A stretch of DNA of 64,000 nucleotides from Gemmatimonadales bacterium (GTDB taxonomy: Bacteria; Gemmatimonadota; Gemmatimonadetes; Gemmatimonadales; GWC2-71-9): NCBI GenBank assembly GCA_036741715.1, contig DAINRR010000004.1, positions 7,123 through 71,122 of the forward strand, in the 5' to 3' direction. This document shows positions 47,914 to 56,451 of this stretch, piece by piece. Made by a program: the position numbers and the translations under genes. A model generated the notes under the pieces. It made no database searches and had not been told where the DNA came from. It worked only from the letters and a program-made list of their open reading frames with translations. Each line of letters opens with the position of its first letter. Positions within the stretch are counted from its first letter, which is position 1.

Positions 47914-48785
47914 CGCACGGCCGCGCCGTGGCGGGGCTCGTGTTCGTGACGCTCGTGTGGGGCGCGACGTTCACGGTGGTGAAGGGCGCGCTCGACGATG
48001 CGTCGCCGATGGTGCTGGTGGCGACGCGCTTCGGCCTGGCCTCGCTGCTCCTCCTGCCGCTCGCCCGCCGGCTCACGCGCGCCGAGCTGGTCGGCGGCCT
48101 TGTGCTTGGCCTTCTCTTCTGGGGCGGGATCGCGCTGCAGACCACCGGACTCCAGGCAACCACGCCGAGCCGGTCGGCGTTCATCACGAGCCTGACGGCG
48201 CCGCTGGTGCCGCTGGTGGGATGGGCGGCGCATCGCGAGCGACCGGGGCTGCGGGTGCTCGTCGCCATCGCGATCGCGACGGCGGGACTCTATCTCCTCA
48301 CCGATCCTGGAACCGGAGGCCCCAACCGGGGCGACCTGCTCACCGCGCTGGGGGCGGTCCTGTTCGCGAGTCACATCGTGGCGATCGGGCGCTTCACCGG
48401 GCAGGGGAACGCCGGGCGGCTTCTCTTCGTGCAGCTCGGCTCGACGGCATTGCTGGCCGCGCTGGCGGCACCGATCGTGGGGGGAGCGAGATTTTCGCCG
48501 ACCCCAGCGCTGATACTCGCCCTCCTGTTCCTCGTGTCGACGGCCATCGGAACCTTCTGGTATCAGATTCGTGCGCAGCGGGTGCTCTCGCCGACGGAAA
48601 CGGGGCTGATCTTTACGCTGGAGCCCGTGTTTGCGTCGGTGATGAGCTGGGTCGTACTTGGGGAGATATTGAGCGTAACGCAGTGGTGGGGCGCAGGTTG
48701 CGTATTCATCGCTTTGGTGCTGTCAGCTGTGCGCCAAGGAGATCGGTTCGAACCGCAGTCTCGACATCGAAGTATCGATATATAA
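47910..48785 (+). CDS. EamA/DMT family transporter
   Basis: ATGA overlap with uvrA. 10-TM pattern with VWGATFTVVKGAL.. and duplicated EamA halves. The last ~75 codons (from ~48550) switch abruptly to A/T-ending codons. Confidence 0.85.
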   Translation: MTHGRAVAGLVFVTLVWGATFTVVKGALDDASPMVLVATRFGLASLLLLPLARRLTRAELVGGLVLGLLFWGGIALQTTGLQATTPSRSAFITSLTAPLVPLVGWAAHRERPGLRVLVAIAIATAGLYLLTDPGTGGPNRGDLLTALGAVLFASHIVAIGRFTGQGNAGRLLFVQLGSTALLAALAAPIVGGARFSPTPALILALLFLVSTAIGTFWYQIRAQRVLSPTETGLIFTLEPVFASVMSWVVLGEILSVTQWWGAGCVFIALVLSAVRQGDRFEPQSRHRSIDI

Positions 48786-48847
48786 GGAAAGACACAGAGA
48801 CTCACGCGACATCTTACTGTCCGCAATGTCCTTGATCAAGCCTGGCC

Positions 48848-48876
48848 CTTGACGAGTGCCGTACCTGACCGTAACC
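48848..48876 (+). promoter_or_regulatory. Candidate sigma70-type promoter for the Cys-rich lipoprotein gene
   Basis: TTGACG (48848-48853), a 17-nt spacer, then TAACCT (48871-48876). It would give a ~365-nt leader. This is a sequence match only. Confidence 0.3.
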
Positions 48877-49247
48877 TCGCCGCGGCTTCCGACCTTCCTA
48901 GCAAGAAACTGAAATTTCACGATCGTCCAACGGATTTTCACACCGTTTTCACGGTGTCAAAGTAGAATTGGCCGCTCGGACAACCAGGTCTGCCAGGTGA
49001 TGGGCTATTACGACCCCTGACGAGGGGGCTTTCGTACAGTCCGCCTGTGGAACCGAGTTGGTCACGCCAGTTCAAACCAGTGGATCGCCCGCAGTCCACG
49101 CATTCCCAGCACTGTTTCTGGAGCTGGGCCAGTGGAGTTCCTCGAAAAACGCACCCCGGCCGCGAGGCCGGTCCGCAAAGCCAGACCGTCCCCGACGTCG
49201 ATCGGCTGCCGAAGGAGCCCCTTCAACACTCTTAGTGGAGGTGGCTT

Positions 49248-51437
49248 GTGCGAAACCGATGGTCGTACTCCGGCCATGGGGCTTTTCGAAGCGCCTTTGG
49301 CGCCGGAATTGTGCTCCTTGCCGCAGCCTGTAGCGCCGATTCACCCACGGAACCGCTCGGCCCAAGCCCTTCCGCCATCGTCCCGGAGACGCCCGCATTC
49401 CTCCTGACGTCGGAGGGCGGTCAGTGCATGTTCGATGACTATGCCGACTTCGCGGAAACCGGCGGCACTCCGACCTGTACGACCAACGATATCCGCATCG
49501 CACGAACCGAAGTCACTTCGGTCGACGGCCAGGCATTCGATCCGGAGTCGGATGAGCTTCTTTGCGGTGCCGGGCAAACCGTCGAGCTCGGAATCACGCT
49601 CTTCCTCGAGGAGACTGCCGATTCGGATCGAGAGGATGTTGGCATCTGGATCGCCGAAGACGAGGGTAATGCGAAGACGGGGCAATGCCGTCACTATGTG
49701 ATCGACGGAGACGAGCCCACTGCGTTCAACCCCGACAACGACGAATGCTCCGGTGTTTCGAGCGCTGCTGAGGCCGCGGTGGACCTCGGTATTCTCACGG
49801 TTCAGTGCCCCACCTCCGGCAGCAGCATTTCAATCGGCAGCTGCATCGCCTGGCAGATTCCCGGCGCCAACGATGAGTGCCCGTCGGACATCGACGATGG
49901 CGCCGATGGTTTCCGCGATCCTACCGTGCCGGGTTCCCCGGCCAAGTGCACCTGCGAGCCGTTTAATATCCCGATCATCCTGACCGGCAAGGTCATCATC
50001 GAGAAGCAGACGCTTCCGAATGGCGCCGCCGGAACCTTCAATTTCAACCAGAACGTGGCCGGGACGGACGACTTCACGCTCTCGGATAATGGACAGAAGG
50101 AATTCGCCAACGTCCTTCCGGGCACGTATTCCGTCAGCGAGGATGCACTCGCGGGCTTCGCGCTCAAGTCGATCGAATGCACGGATCCGACCACCAACAC
50201 GACAGTCAATCTCGGGACCGGGACCGCATCGATCAATGTCGGCTCGGGTGAGACCGTCACCTGCGTCTTCACCAACGAGGCGGATGCCGTCACGGTGACC
50301 AAGGACGCGGATCCCGAGTTCACGCGGACCTATGAGTGGAACGTGGACAAGGTTGCCACGGCGCCGACCACGTTCCCGCTGGATCCGGGCCAGACAGATT
50401 ATATGCAGGAATACAAGGTTACCGTGACGAACACCGGGTACACCGACTCGGAATTCGCGGTGAGCGGCTCGATCAGCATCCTTAACCCGACCGGCCACAC
50501 GGTGACGATCAACAGCGTTACCGATGCCATCGCGGGTGTTGGCAGCGATGCCGATGTCGTTTGTCCCGGTACGTTCCCGCAGACGCTCGCCGCGGGCGCG
50601 ACGCTCGTTTGCACGTATTCGGATGACCTCCCTGACGGCGCAACGCGGCTCAACACCGCCAGTGTGTCGCTGGCCGGGGTGACCGCGGCGTTCACCGGCA
50701 CGGCGAGCGTCAATTTCAGCGGGCAGGCGCCAGACGCGAAGGTCGACGAGTGCGTCGTTGCCAAGGACGAGGGTGAGCTCGGCAACACCGATCCACTCGG
50801 AACCATCTGCGAGACTGGCACTACGCCTCCGACCGACGGATTCAACGCTCCGCATACGTTCACGTACGAATTTGAGGTTCCGACCGATGCCGCAGCGTGC
50901 GGCGAGCATACTTACGACAACACTGCCACCATCACCACGAATGACCTCGGGCTCACCGATACGGACGGCGCGAGCATTACCGTCACAATCGAGTGCCCGG
51001 TGGGCTGCACGTTGACGCAGGGCTACTGGAAGACGCACAACGAACTCTTCAAGCCCGGCCAGGGTGGCCCCGCCCCGGATCCGGATTGGGCCAGCGTCGG
51101 TGGTCCAGGCGCTACGTTCTTCCTGAGCGGCCAGACCTGGTTCCAGGTCTTCTGGACGGCCCCGGGCGGCAATGTGTATTACAACCTGGCGCACCAGTAC
51201 ATGGCTGCAGTGCTGAACCTGACGGGCTCCACGCCGCCGGCAGACGTGCAGCTAGCCATCGACCAGGCGACGGTGCTCTTCGAGACCTATACGCCGGCCC
51301 AGATTCTTGCGCTCAAGGGCAAGAACGGCAACACGCTGCGCGCCGAGTTCATCCGCCTTGCTGGCATTCTTGGAGCGTTCAACGAAGGCACGCTCGGCGT
51401 GGAGCACTGCGCCGAGAACCCCGTGCCCACGCTTTGA
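49248..51437 (+). CDS. Large Cys-rich surface lipoprotein with prealbumin/Cna-B-like beta-sandwich repeats and a C-terminal CTLTQGYWKTH domain
   Basis: GGAGGT lies 6 nt upstream of GTG 49248. Lipobox IVLLAAAC. 21 Cys in total. The central GKVIIEKQTLPNGAAGTFNFN...FTLSDNGQKEFANVLPGTYSVSE...ETVTCVFTNE resembles SpaA/prealbumin-like fold domains. Further beta-rich modules follow. Codon usage is visibly relaxed (many GAT/AAT/GGT/ACT). It has its own terminator. Confidence 0.8.
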   Translation: MRNRWSYSGHGAFRSAFGAGIVLLAAACSADSPTEPLGPSPSAIVPETPAFLLTSEGGQCMFDDYADFAETGGTPTCTTNDIRIARTEVTSVDGQAFDPESDELLCGAGQTVELGITLFLEETADSDREDVGIWIAEDEGNAKTGQCRHYVIDGDEPTAFNPDNDECSGVSSAAEAAVDLGILTVQCPTSGSSISIGSCIAWQIPGANDECPSDIDDGADGFRDPTVPGSPAKCTCEPFNIPIILTGKVIIEKQTLPNGAAGTFNFNQNVAGTDDFTLSDNGQKEFANVLPGTYSVSEDALAGFALKSIECTDPTTNTTVNLGTGTASINVGSGETVTCVFTNEADAVTVTKDADPEFTRTYEWNVDKVATAPTTFPLDPGQTDYMQEYKVTVTNTGYTDSEFAVSGSISILNPTGHTVTINSVTDAIAGVGSDADVVCPGTFPQTLAAGATLVCTYSDDLPDGATRLNTASVSLAGVTAAFTGTASVNFSGQAPDAKVDECVVAKDEGELGNTDPLGTICETGTTPPTDGFNAPHTFTYEFEVPTDAAACGEHTYDNTATITTNDLGLTDTDGASITVTIECPVGCTLTQGYWKTHNELFKPGQGGPAPDPDWASVGGPGATFFLSGQTWFQVFWTAPGGNVYYNLAHQYMAAVLNLTGSTPPADVQLAIDQATVLFETYTPAQILALKGKNGNTLRAEFIRLAGILGAFNEGTLGVEHCAENPVPTL

Positions 51438-51472
51438 GCGGCGCCTAGGAGTTGCAGTTCAGGTTCGAAGGG

Positions 51473-51535
51473 ACGGGCCCCGCGAGGGGCCCGTTCTCTC
51501 GCCCTGCCTCCGCGTATCCGGCAGGGCGGTTCTTC
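51473..51535 (+). terminator. Tandem stem-loops terminating the lipoprotein gene
   Basis: ACGGGCCCC-gcga-GGGGCCCGT (51473-51494) followed by TCTCTC. Then CGCCCTGCC-11 nt-GGCAGGGCG (51500-51528) followed by GTTCTTCC. Confidence 0.6.
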
Positions 51536-51621
51536 CCCAACAACGTCCTTCGCTGTAGCTTCGGGCGGCCCCCCTACAGACGCCCAGCACCGCGCACTCA
51601 ACTGTTCCAGGAAGGTCCGGC

Positions 51622-52710
51622 ATGTCAATTCTTTCGAACCATTCCCGCGCGGTCAGCCTCATCGCGCTCGCAGCGTTCGCCCTCCTTTCAGGCTGCTCTG
51701 CGGACAAGCCCGCATCGGCTGCGCCACCACCTTCCCGACCCGCGGCCGCAAGCGACCTGCCCGACGTCCTGGCGACGATCGGCGATGACAAGATCACGAT
51801 GGCCGAAATCCGCGCGCGCGTCGGGGACGATCTCGATCAGACCGAAACCCGATATCTGCGGGCCCGCCACCGGCTGGTGGACAACGCGCTGCAGGCGATC
51901 ATCCGCGACCGAATCCTTGCCGCGGAGGCGCAGAAGCAGGGCAAGACGATCGATGAGCTCGTCGCCGCGGAGACTGGAACGGCCGCAGAGCCGACCGACG
52001 CAGACATTGCCGCCTGGTATGCTGCCAATCCGAATCGGACCGGCGGCCGCGCCCTCGAGCAGCTCCGGCCTCAGATCACCGACTTCCTGCGCAACGAGCG
52101 CAGGACCGCCGCGGTCCAGATACTCGAGTCGCGGCTGAAGGACGAACAGAAGGTCACGGTTCACCTCGAGCCTTTCCGGCTGCAGTTCGACAATACCGGG
52201 GCGCCCACCAAGGGACCCGCCGGGGCGCCCGTCACGCTCGTCGAGTTCTCGGACTTCCAGTGCCCCTTCTGCAACCGGTTCGTTCCGACGCTCAAGCAGG
52301 TCGAGGACAAGTACGGCGACAAGGTCCAGGTGGTCTATCGTCAGTACCCGATTCCGAGCCTGCACCCGTTCGCCTTCAAAGCCGCGGAAGCTTCTCTCTG
52401 CGCCAACGACCAGGGGAAATTCTGGGAGCTACATGACCTGATGTTCCAGGAACAGAGCCGCCTTTCGGTCAGGGATCTGAAGGTCGCCGCAGGCCGGCTG
52501 GGAATGAATCAGAAGGATTTCGATACCTGCCTCGACTCCGGCCGTTATACCGAGCAGGTGCAGAAGGATATGGCTGAGGGGGCGCGCGTAGGCGTGAGCG
52601 GAACACCGGCCGTGTTCGTCAACGGCATCCCGCTCGAAGGGGGGGCCGTCCCCTTCGAGAAGGTGGCCGAGGCCATTGATACGGAGCTCGCGCGCGCCGC
52701 GGGAAGCTGA
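51622..52710 (+). CDS. DsbA-family thiol:disulfide oxidoreductase lipoprotein with N-terminal SurA_N-like chaperone region
   Basis: Lipobox FALLSGC. Thioredoxin active site FSDFQCPFCNRF (CPFC). C-terminal VSGTPAVFVNG with the cis-Pro loop. Confidence 0.88.
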   Translation: MSILSNHSRAVSLIALAAFALLSGCSADKPASAAPPPSRPAAASDLPDVLATIGDDKITMAEIRARVGDDLDQTETRYLRARHRLVDNALQAIIRDRILAAEAQKQGKTIDELVAAETGTAAEPTDADIAAWYAANPNRTGGRALEQLRPQITDFLRNERRTAAVQILESRLKDEQKVTVHLEPFRLQFDNTGAPTKGPAGAPVTLVEFSDFQCPFCNRFVPTLKQVEDKYGDKVQVVYRQYPIPSLHPFAFKAAEASLCANDQGKFWELHDLMFQEQSRLSVRDLKVAAGRLGMNQKDFDTCLDSGRYTEQVQKDMAEGARVGVSGTPAVFVNGIPLEGGAVPFEKVAEAIDTELARAAGS

Positions 52711-52734
52711 TACTCGCATTCGCGGAATACAGGA

Positions 52735-52765
52735 GCGCCCTGGCATCGATAACTCGCCAGGGCGC
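52735..52765. terminator. GC-rich stem-loop between convergent dsbA-like and S8 genes
   Basis: GCGCCCTGGC (52735-52744), an 11-nt loop, then GCCAGGGCGC (52756-52765). No clear U-tract on either strand. Confidence 0.4.
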
Positions 52766-52787
52766 CCCCGTAATCCGAGCTGTGCCG

Positions 52788-54788
52788 TTACGTCGTGGAG
52801 CGGACGACCGGCGAGCAGATCCCTCCCGATGCCGCCGTTTCGCACACCTGGAAGGTGCGCGTTGTCTGGCCTCGCGTAGGAGACGGATATGCGTAGCTCC
52901 CTCCGCTTACTGCCGCGACGAAGGCCCCGTCGACCAGGACCGAGACGGTAGCTGTCTCTGCGCCGCTCCACGTCAGCTCCGCGGCTGCCTTCCCCTTCAC
53001 CTTGCGCGTAGTCACGGTAAGAAGCACGCCAATTCGGACTTCCCGGCTCGCAGTTGTGCGCGCCCCGGCATCGTCGGTTACGGTCAGCGTAACCCGATAG
53101 AGACCGCTCGTTGCGAACGAGTGGAGCGGCCCTGCAGATGCCACGGTCGGCCCGGAGCCATCGCCGAAATCCCATTCCCGGCTTGCGATAGTGCCGTCCG
53201 GGTCCCGGCTGGCATCGACGAAGGAGCATGACAGCCTGGAGCAGCTCGCGGTGAACTCAACGCTGGGAGGCGTATTGACCGTCGCTTCTCCCGCAACGGT
53301 CACATCCCGGGAGGTCGTCGTGCTTGCCCCATCGTCGTCGCGTACTACGAGCGTCACCCGGTAGGTGCCCGCGACATCGAAGGTGTGGGTCGGCGCGGCA
53401 CCGGAAACAGCCGCCTGATCGCCGAAGTTCCACTCGCGTGACACGATCGTTCCATCCGCATCACTGCTTCCATCCGCGAAGGTGCAGCTCAGGAGCATGC
53501 ACTCTACGGAGAATTGCGCCTGGGGCGGGGAGTTCGCCGGCGAGGTCACCGAACCGGCGGCATAGAGCATGTCCCCTCGATCCGAGCCGGAGAACCGCAC
53601 GAGACCCTTCGTGGTCCATTCGGCGAGGGCACTCGCGACCTGCGCCGGCGATCCGGCCGGATTGCGCTCGAGATACAGCGCCGCGACCCCGGCTGCATGA
53701 GGTGCGGACATCGAAGTTCCGCTTTTCACCGCGGTTGCGTCGTCCGACCCGAATGCCGACGATACGATCGAGACACCCGGCGCATACCAGTCGACGCAGT
53801 CGCCGTAGTTGGTGAACGTGGCCGGTGCGTCATTCATGTCGGCCGCGCCGACGGTCATTGCCTCCGTGACACGCGCGGGCGAAAATGAGCACGCATTCCA
53901 GCTCTTGTTGCCGGCCGCTACGGCGATGGCGATACCGGCTGAAATGGCCTTGCGGACTGCCGCGTCGACAGCGGCATCGGGTCCGCCCCCGATCGATAGA
54001 TTCGCGACGGCCGGACGTGCCGCATGTCCGACCAGCCAGTCGAGTCCGGCGATCACCGTCGCGCTGCTGCCGCCCCCCGTACAGCCAAGGATCCGGACCG
54101 ATACGAGCGAGACTTCCTTGGCGACGCCGTGGATCGCACCGCCAACGGTGCCGGCGACGTGCGTGCCGTGACCCTGGCAGTCGGAGCCGTCTCCGCCGAA
54201 CGCATCGAATCCGACAGATGCGCGCCCTCCGAAGTCCGAATGGGAGAGCCGAATCCCTGTGTCGAGGATATACGCCGTCACTCCCTTGCCCGTCCCGGAA
54301 TACGCATATATGCCGTCGAGATCGCGTGAACGCTGATCGATGCGGTCGAGGCCCCACGGCGCGCCTGACTGGCTTCCACCACTGGTGATCTGATATACCT
54401 GATCGGGATCGACGCGGACGACCCTGGAATCCCTCATCAGCCCCGACCGCGCGGCATCGGAGACCTTTCCCGCAAAGCCGTTCATGACGCTCGAGTAGAC
54501 AAAGTCGGGATTGACGCCGTGGATGCGGGCAACCTCCCTCGCATTGGCCTTCGCTGCGAGCGTGATGATAGCTCGGCCAGGGATGTGCTCCGACCTGGCC
54601 GCCTCCGCCAGCGACGCGGCACTCGAGGCAAGCACCGGCTCGGAAGCCGAGTCGAGCTCGGGAGCGATCGAACGCTCGCATCCTGTGAGGGCGAGGAGCA
54701 GGCCAAGAAACGCTGCGCTATGCAGCGCCTTCGGCGCAGCTGAGTCTGCGGTGGGGACCACGGTTCCTCCCGGAGTTCGATTCGGCAA
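52788..54788 (-). CDS. Subtilisin-like S8 serine protease lipoprotein (I9 propeptide, S8 domain, 2 PKD domains, C-terminal beta domain)
   Basis: Lipobox LLLALTGC. Catalytic triad motifs AYILDTGI, GHGTHVAGTVGG and SGTSMSAPHAAG. PKD repeats (REWNFGD...THTF..AGTYRVTLVVRDDDG; REWDFGDGSG...HSF..SGLYRVTLTVTDDAG). The start is TTG 54788, or GTG 54761 preceded by GGAGGA. Confidence 0.9.
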   Translation of the reverse strand: MPNRTPGGTVVPTADSAAPKALHSAAFLGLLLALTGCERSIAPELDSASEPVLASSAASLAEAARSEHIPGRAIITLAAKANAREVARIHGVNPDFVYSSVMNGFAGKVSDAARSGLMRDSRVVRVDPDQVYQITSGGSQSGAPWGLDRIDQRSRDLDGIYAYSGTGKGVTAYILDTGIRLSHSDFGGRASVGFDAFGGDGSDCQGHGTHVAGTVGGAIHGVAKEVSLVSVRILGCTGGGSSATVIAGLDWLVGHAARPAVANLSIGGGPDAAVDAAVRKAISAGIAIAVAAGNKSWNACSFSPARVTEAMTVGAADMNDAPATFTNYGDCVDWYAPGVSIVSSAFGSDDATAVKSGTSMSAPHAAGVAALYLERNPAGSPAQVASALAEWTTKGLVRFSGSDRGDMLYAAGSVTSPANSPPQAQFSVECMLLSCTFADGSSDADGTIVSREWNFGDQAAVSGAAPTHTFDVAGTYRVTLVVRDDDGASTTTSRDVTVAGEATVNTPPSVEFTASCSRLSCSFVDASRDPDGTIASREWDFGDGSGPTVASAGPLHSFATSGLYRVTLTVTDDAGARTTASREVRIGVLLTVTTRKVKGKAAAELTWSGAETATVSVLVDGAFVAAVSGGSYAYPSPTRGQTTRTFQVCETAASGGICSPVVRSTT

Positions 54789-55018
54789 CCCGACCGGCCT
54801 AACCGGCGGAATCGCCGGTGGTAGCCTCGTGGCTTTGCGTCCCCGCCTTTCGACGGGTTTGCCCTTGTCGCCGCCGGAGAGGCGGGATCAGCCGAGAGTG
54901 TGAATACGTTGGACCGCAAAAGAGGGGCCCCGCCGACTGGCCGGGATTCCCCAGTTAACCGGATCGAGTGCAAGAGTTTGCATGGACGAAGGCCAGCGGT
55001 ACGGCGAATGGCAGGATA

Positions 55019-56434
55019 TCAGCAGCCGCTCGCCTCTCGGATCAGGCGCCAGAGTCGCTCAGTATCCTGTCGGCTCGTCCGCCACTGGCCTACCACGGCC
55101 CGGAGCGCGAATGCGCCGTTGAGCGATGTATGAGTGAGGAAGGCCGTGCCGGAGCTATTCACCCGGGCCAGGAGCGTGCGGTTGTGCTCATCCAGTTCGA
55201 CTGCCGTCTTCAGATGGGCAGGACGGTGCTGGAAGCAGACCAGCCCGAACGGAGAGGGCGTCAGGACCTCGAACCCTGGCTCAGCCTCGACCCACGACCG
55301 GAACTCCTGCGCCAGCGCCATGTGCTCGCGCAGCACCCGCCGGAGCCCCTCCACCCCATAGCTCCGGATCACGAACCAGAGCTTCAGCGCCCGGAACCGC
55401 CGCCCCAGCTGAATCCCCCAATCCCGATAATTGACCACCCGCTCGTCGTGCGGCGTCCGCAGGTACTCCGGCGTCGCCCCGAAGGTCCGGAGCAGCGTCT
55501 CCACGTCCCGGACGAAATACGCCGAGCAGTCGAAATTGGTGAGCAGCCATTTGTGGGGGTTGAAGACGAAGGAGTCCGCGAGCTCGACGCCGTCGAAGTG
55601 CCGCCGGCACTCCGGGAGGATGGCCGCGGACCCGGCATAGGCCGCATCCACGTGCAGCCAGGCGCCGTGCCGGCGGCAGATCTCCCCGATCGCCCGCACC
55701 GGGTCCACGGCGGTCGACGACGTCGTGCCGATCGTGGCCACCACGCAGGCTGGCCGGATGCCTGCGGCGATGTCGGCCGCGATCGCCGCGTCGAGGGCCT
55801 CGGGCCTGAGCGCGAATTCCCCATCCACCGGGATCGCCCGCAGCATTTCGCTCCCGTAGCCCGCGAGCTTCACGCCCTTCGCCACCGAGGAATGCGCCTC
55901 CGCCGACGCATACACCGCGAGCGGCGGCATCCCGGCCGAGGGGCCACGCGAGCCCCAGGCATGTGCCGTCGCCCGTTCGCGTGCCGAAAGCAGTGCCACG
56001 AGCGTGGAGGTCGAGGCCGTATCCTGGATGACGCCCGTGAACTCCGCCGGCAGCCCGATCATCTCGCGCAGCCATTCCATCGTGACCTGCTCGAGTTCCG
56101 TCGCCGCGGGAGAGGTCTGCCACGACATGCATTGCGCGCCGAGCGTCGCCGTGAGCATCTCGGCGAGGATGCTCGGCGGGCTGTTGTTCCCCGGGAAGTA
56201 TGCGAACCAGCCCGGGTGGTTCCAGTGCGTCATCCCAGGGACGATCAGGCGCTGGAAGTCGGCGAGGATCGTATCGAACGGCTCCGCTGCTTCGGGCGGA
56301 TGGCGAGGCAGCGCGCTCGCAATGTCTCCAGGCGCGACGTCGGGAACGACACGCCAGGCCGAGGCGTCCGCGAGATAGTCGGCCATCCAGTCCACGAGCT
56401 CATGGGCGTGCCGGCGGAACTCGTCGGGGCTCAT
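55019..56434 (-). CDS. Aromatic-L-amino-acid decarboxylase-like group II PLP decarboxylase
   Basis: 471 aa from ATG 56434 (MSPDEFRRHAHELVDWMADYL). Motifs HWNHPGWFAYFP, DTASTSTL, and the PLP-lysine motif FNPHKWLLTNFDCS. The 1324-aa track ORF upstream of this Met is rejected. Confidence 0.9.
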   Translation of the reverse strand: MSPDEFRRHAHELVDWMADYLADASAWRVVPDVAPGDIASALPRHPPEAAEPFDTILADFQRLIVPGMTHWNHPGWFAYFPGNNSPPSILAEMLTATLGAQCMSWQTSPAATELEQVTMEWLREMIGLPAEFTGVIQDTASTSTLVALLSARERATAHAWGSRGPSAGMPPLAVYASAEAHSSVAKGVKLAGYGSEMLRAIPVDGEFALRPEALDAAIAADIAAGIRPACVVATIGTTSSTAVDPVRAIGEICRRHGAWLHVDAAYAGSAAILPECRRHFDGVELADSFVFNPHKWLLTNFDCSAYFVRDVETLLRTFGATPEYLRTPHDERVVNYRDWGIQLGRRFRALKLWFVIRSYGVEGLRRVLREHMALAQEFRSWVEAEPGFEVLTPSPFGLVCFQHRPAHLKTAVELDEHNRTLLARVNSSGTAFLTHTSLNGAFALRAVVGQWRTSRQDTERLWRLIREASGC

Positions 56435-56451
56435 CCCCACCCTGCCCTCGC

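Noticed and set aside
48740-48768. tRNA-like T-arm motif (GATCGGTTCGAACCGCAG) at the 3' end of the EamA gene, right at the composition boundary. It could be an att-site remnant of a tRNA-targeting island.
   Set aside because: CGGTTCGAACCG is a simple palindrome. The flanks do not form a 5-bp T-stem plus 7-bp acceptor stem. No D or anticodon arms lie upstream, and there is no integrase or matching direct repeat at the other end of the block.
49009-49037. CUGACGA motif within a hairpin, reminiscent of a hammerhead ribozyme core.
   Set aside because: There is no GAAA element after a stem II, no three-way junction and no cleavage-site context. It folds as a plain bulged hairpin.
49060-49200. Fragments resembling cobalamin-riboswitch elements (..GCACTGT.., GCCAGTGG, AGCCAGACCGTCCCC) in the lipoprotein leader.
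   Set aside because: The order and spacing do not match the B12 consensus (no AGGGAA / GGTG..AATCC block, imperfect B12 box). The downstream gene has no link to cobalamin. Infernal would be needed to say more.
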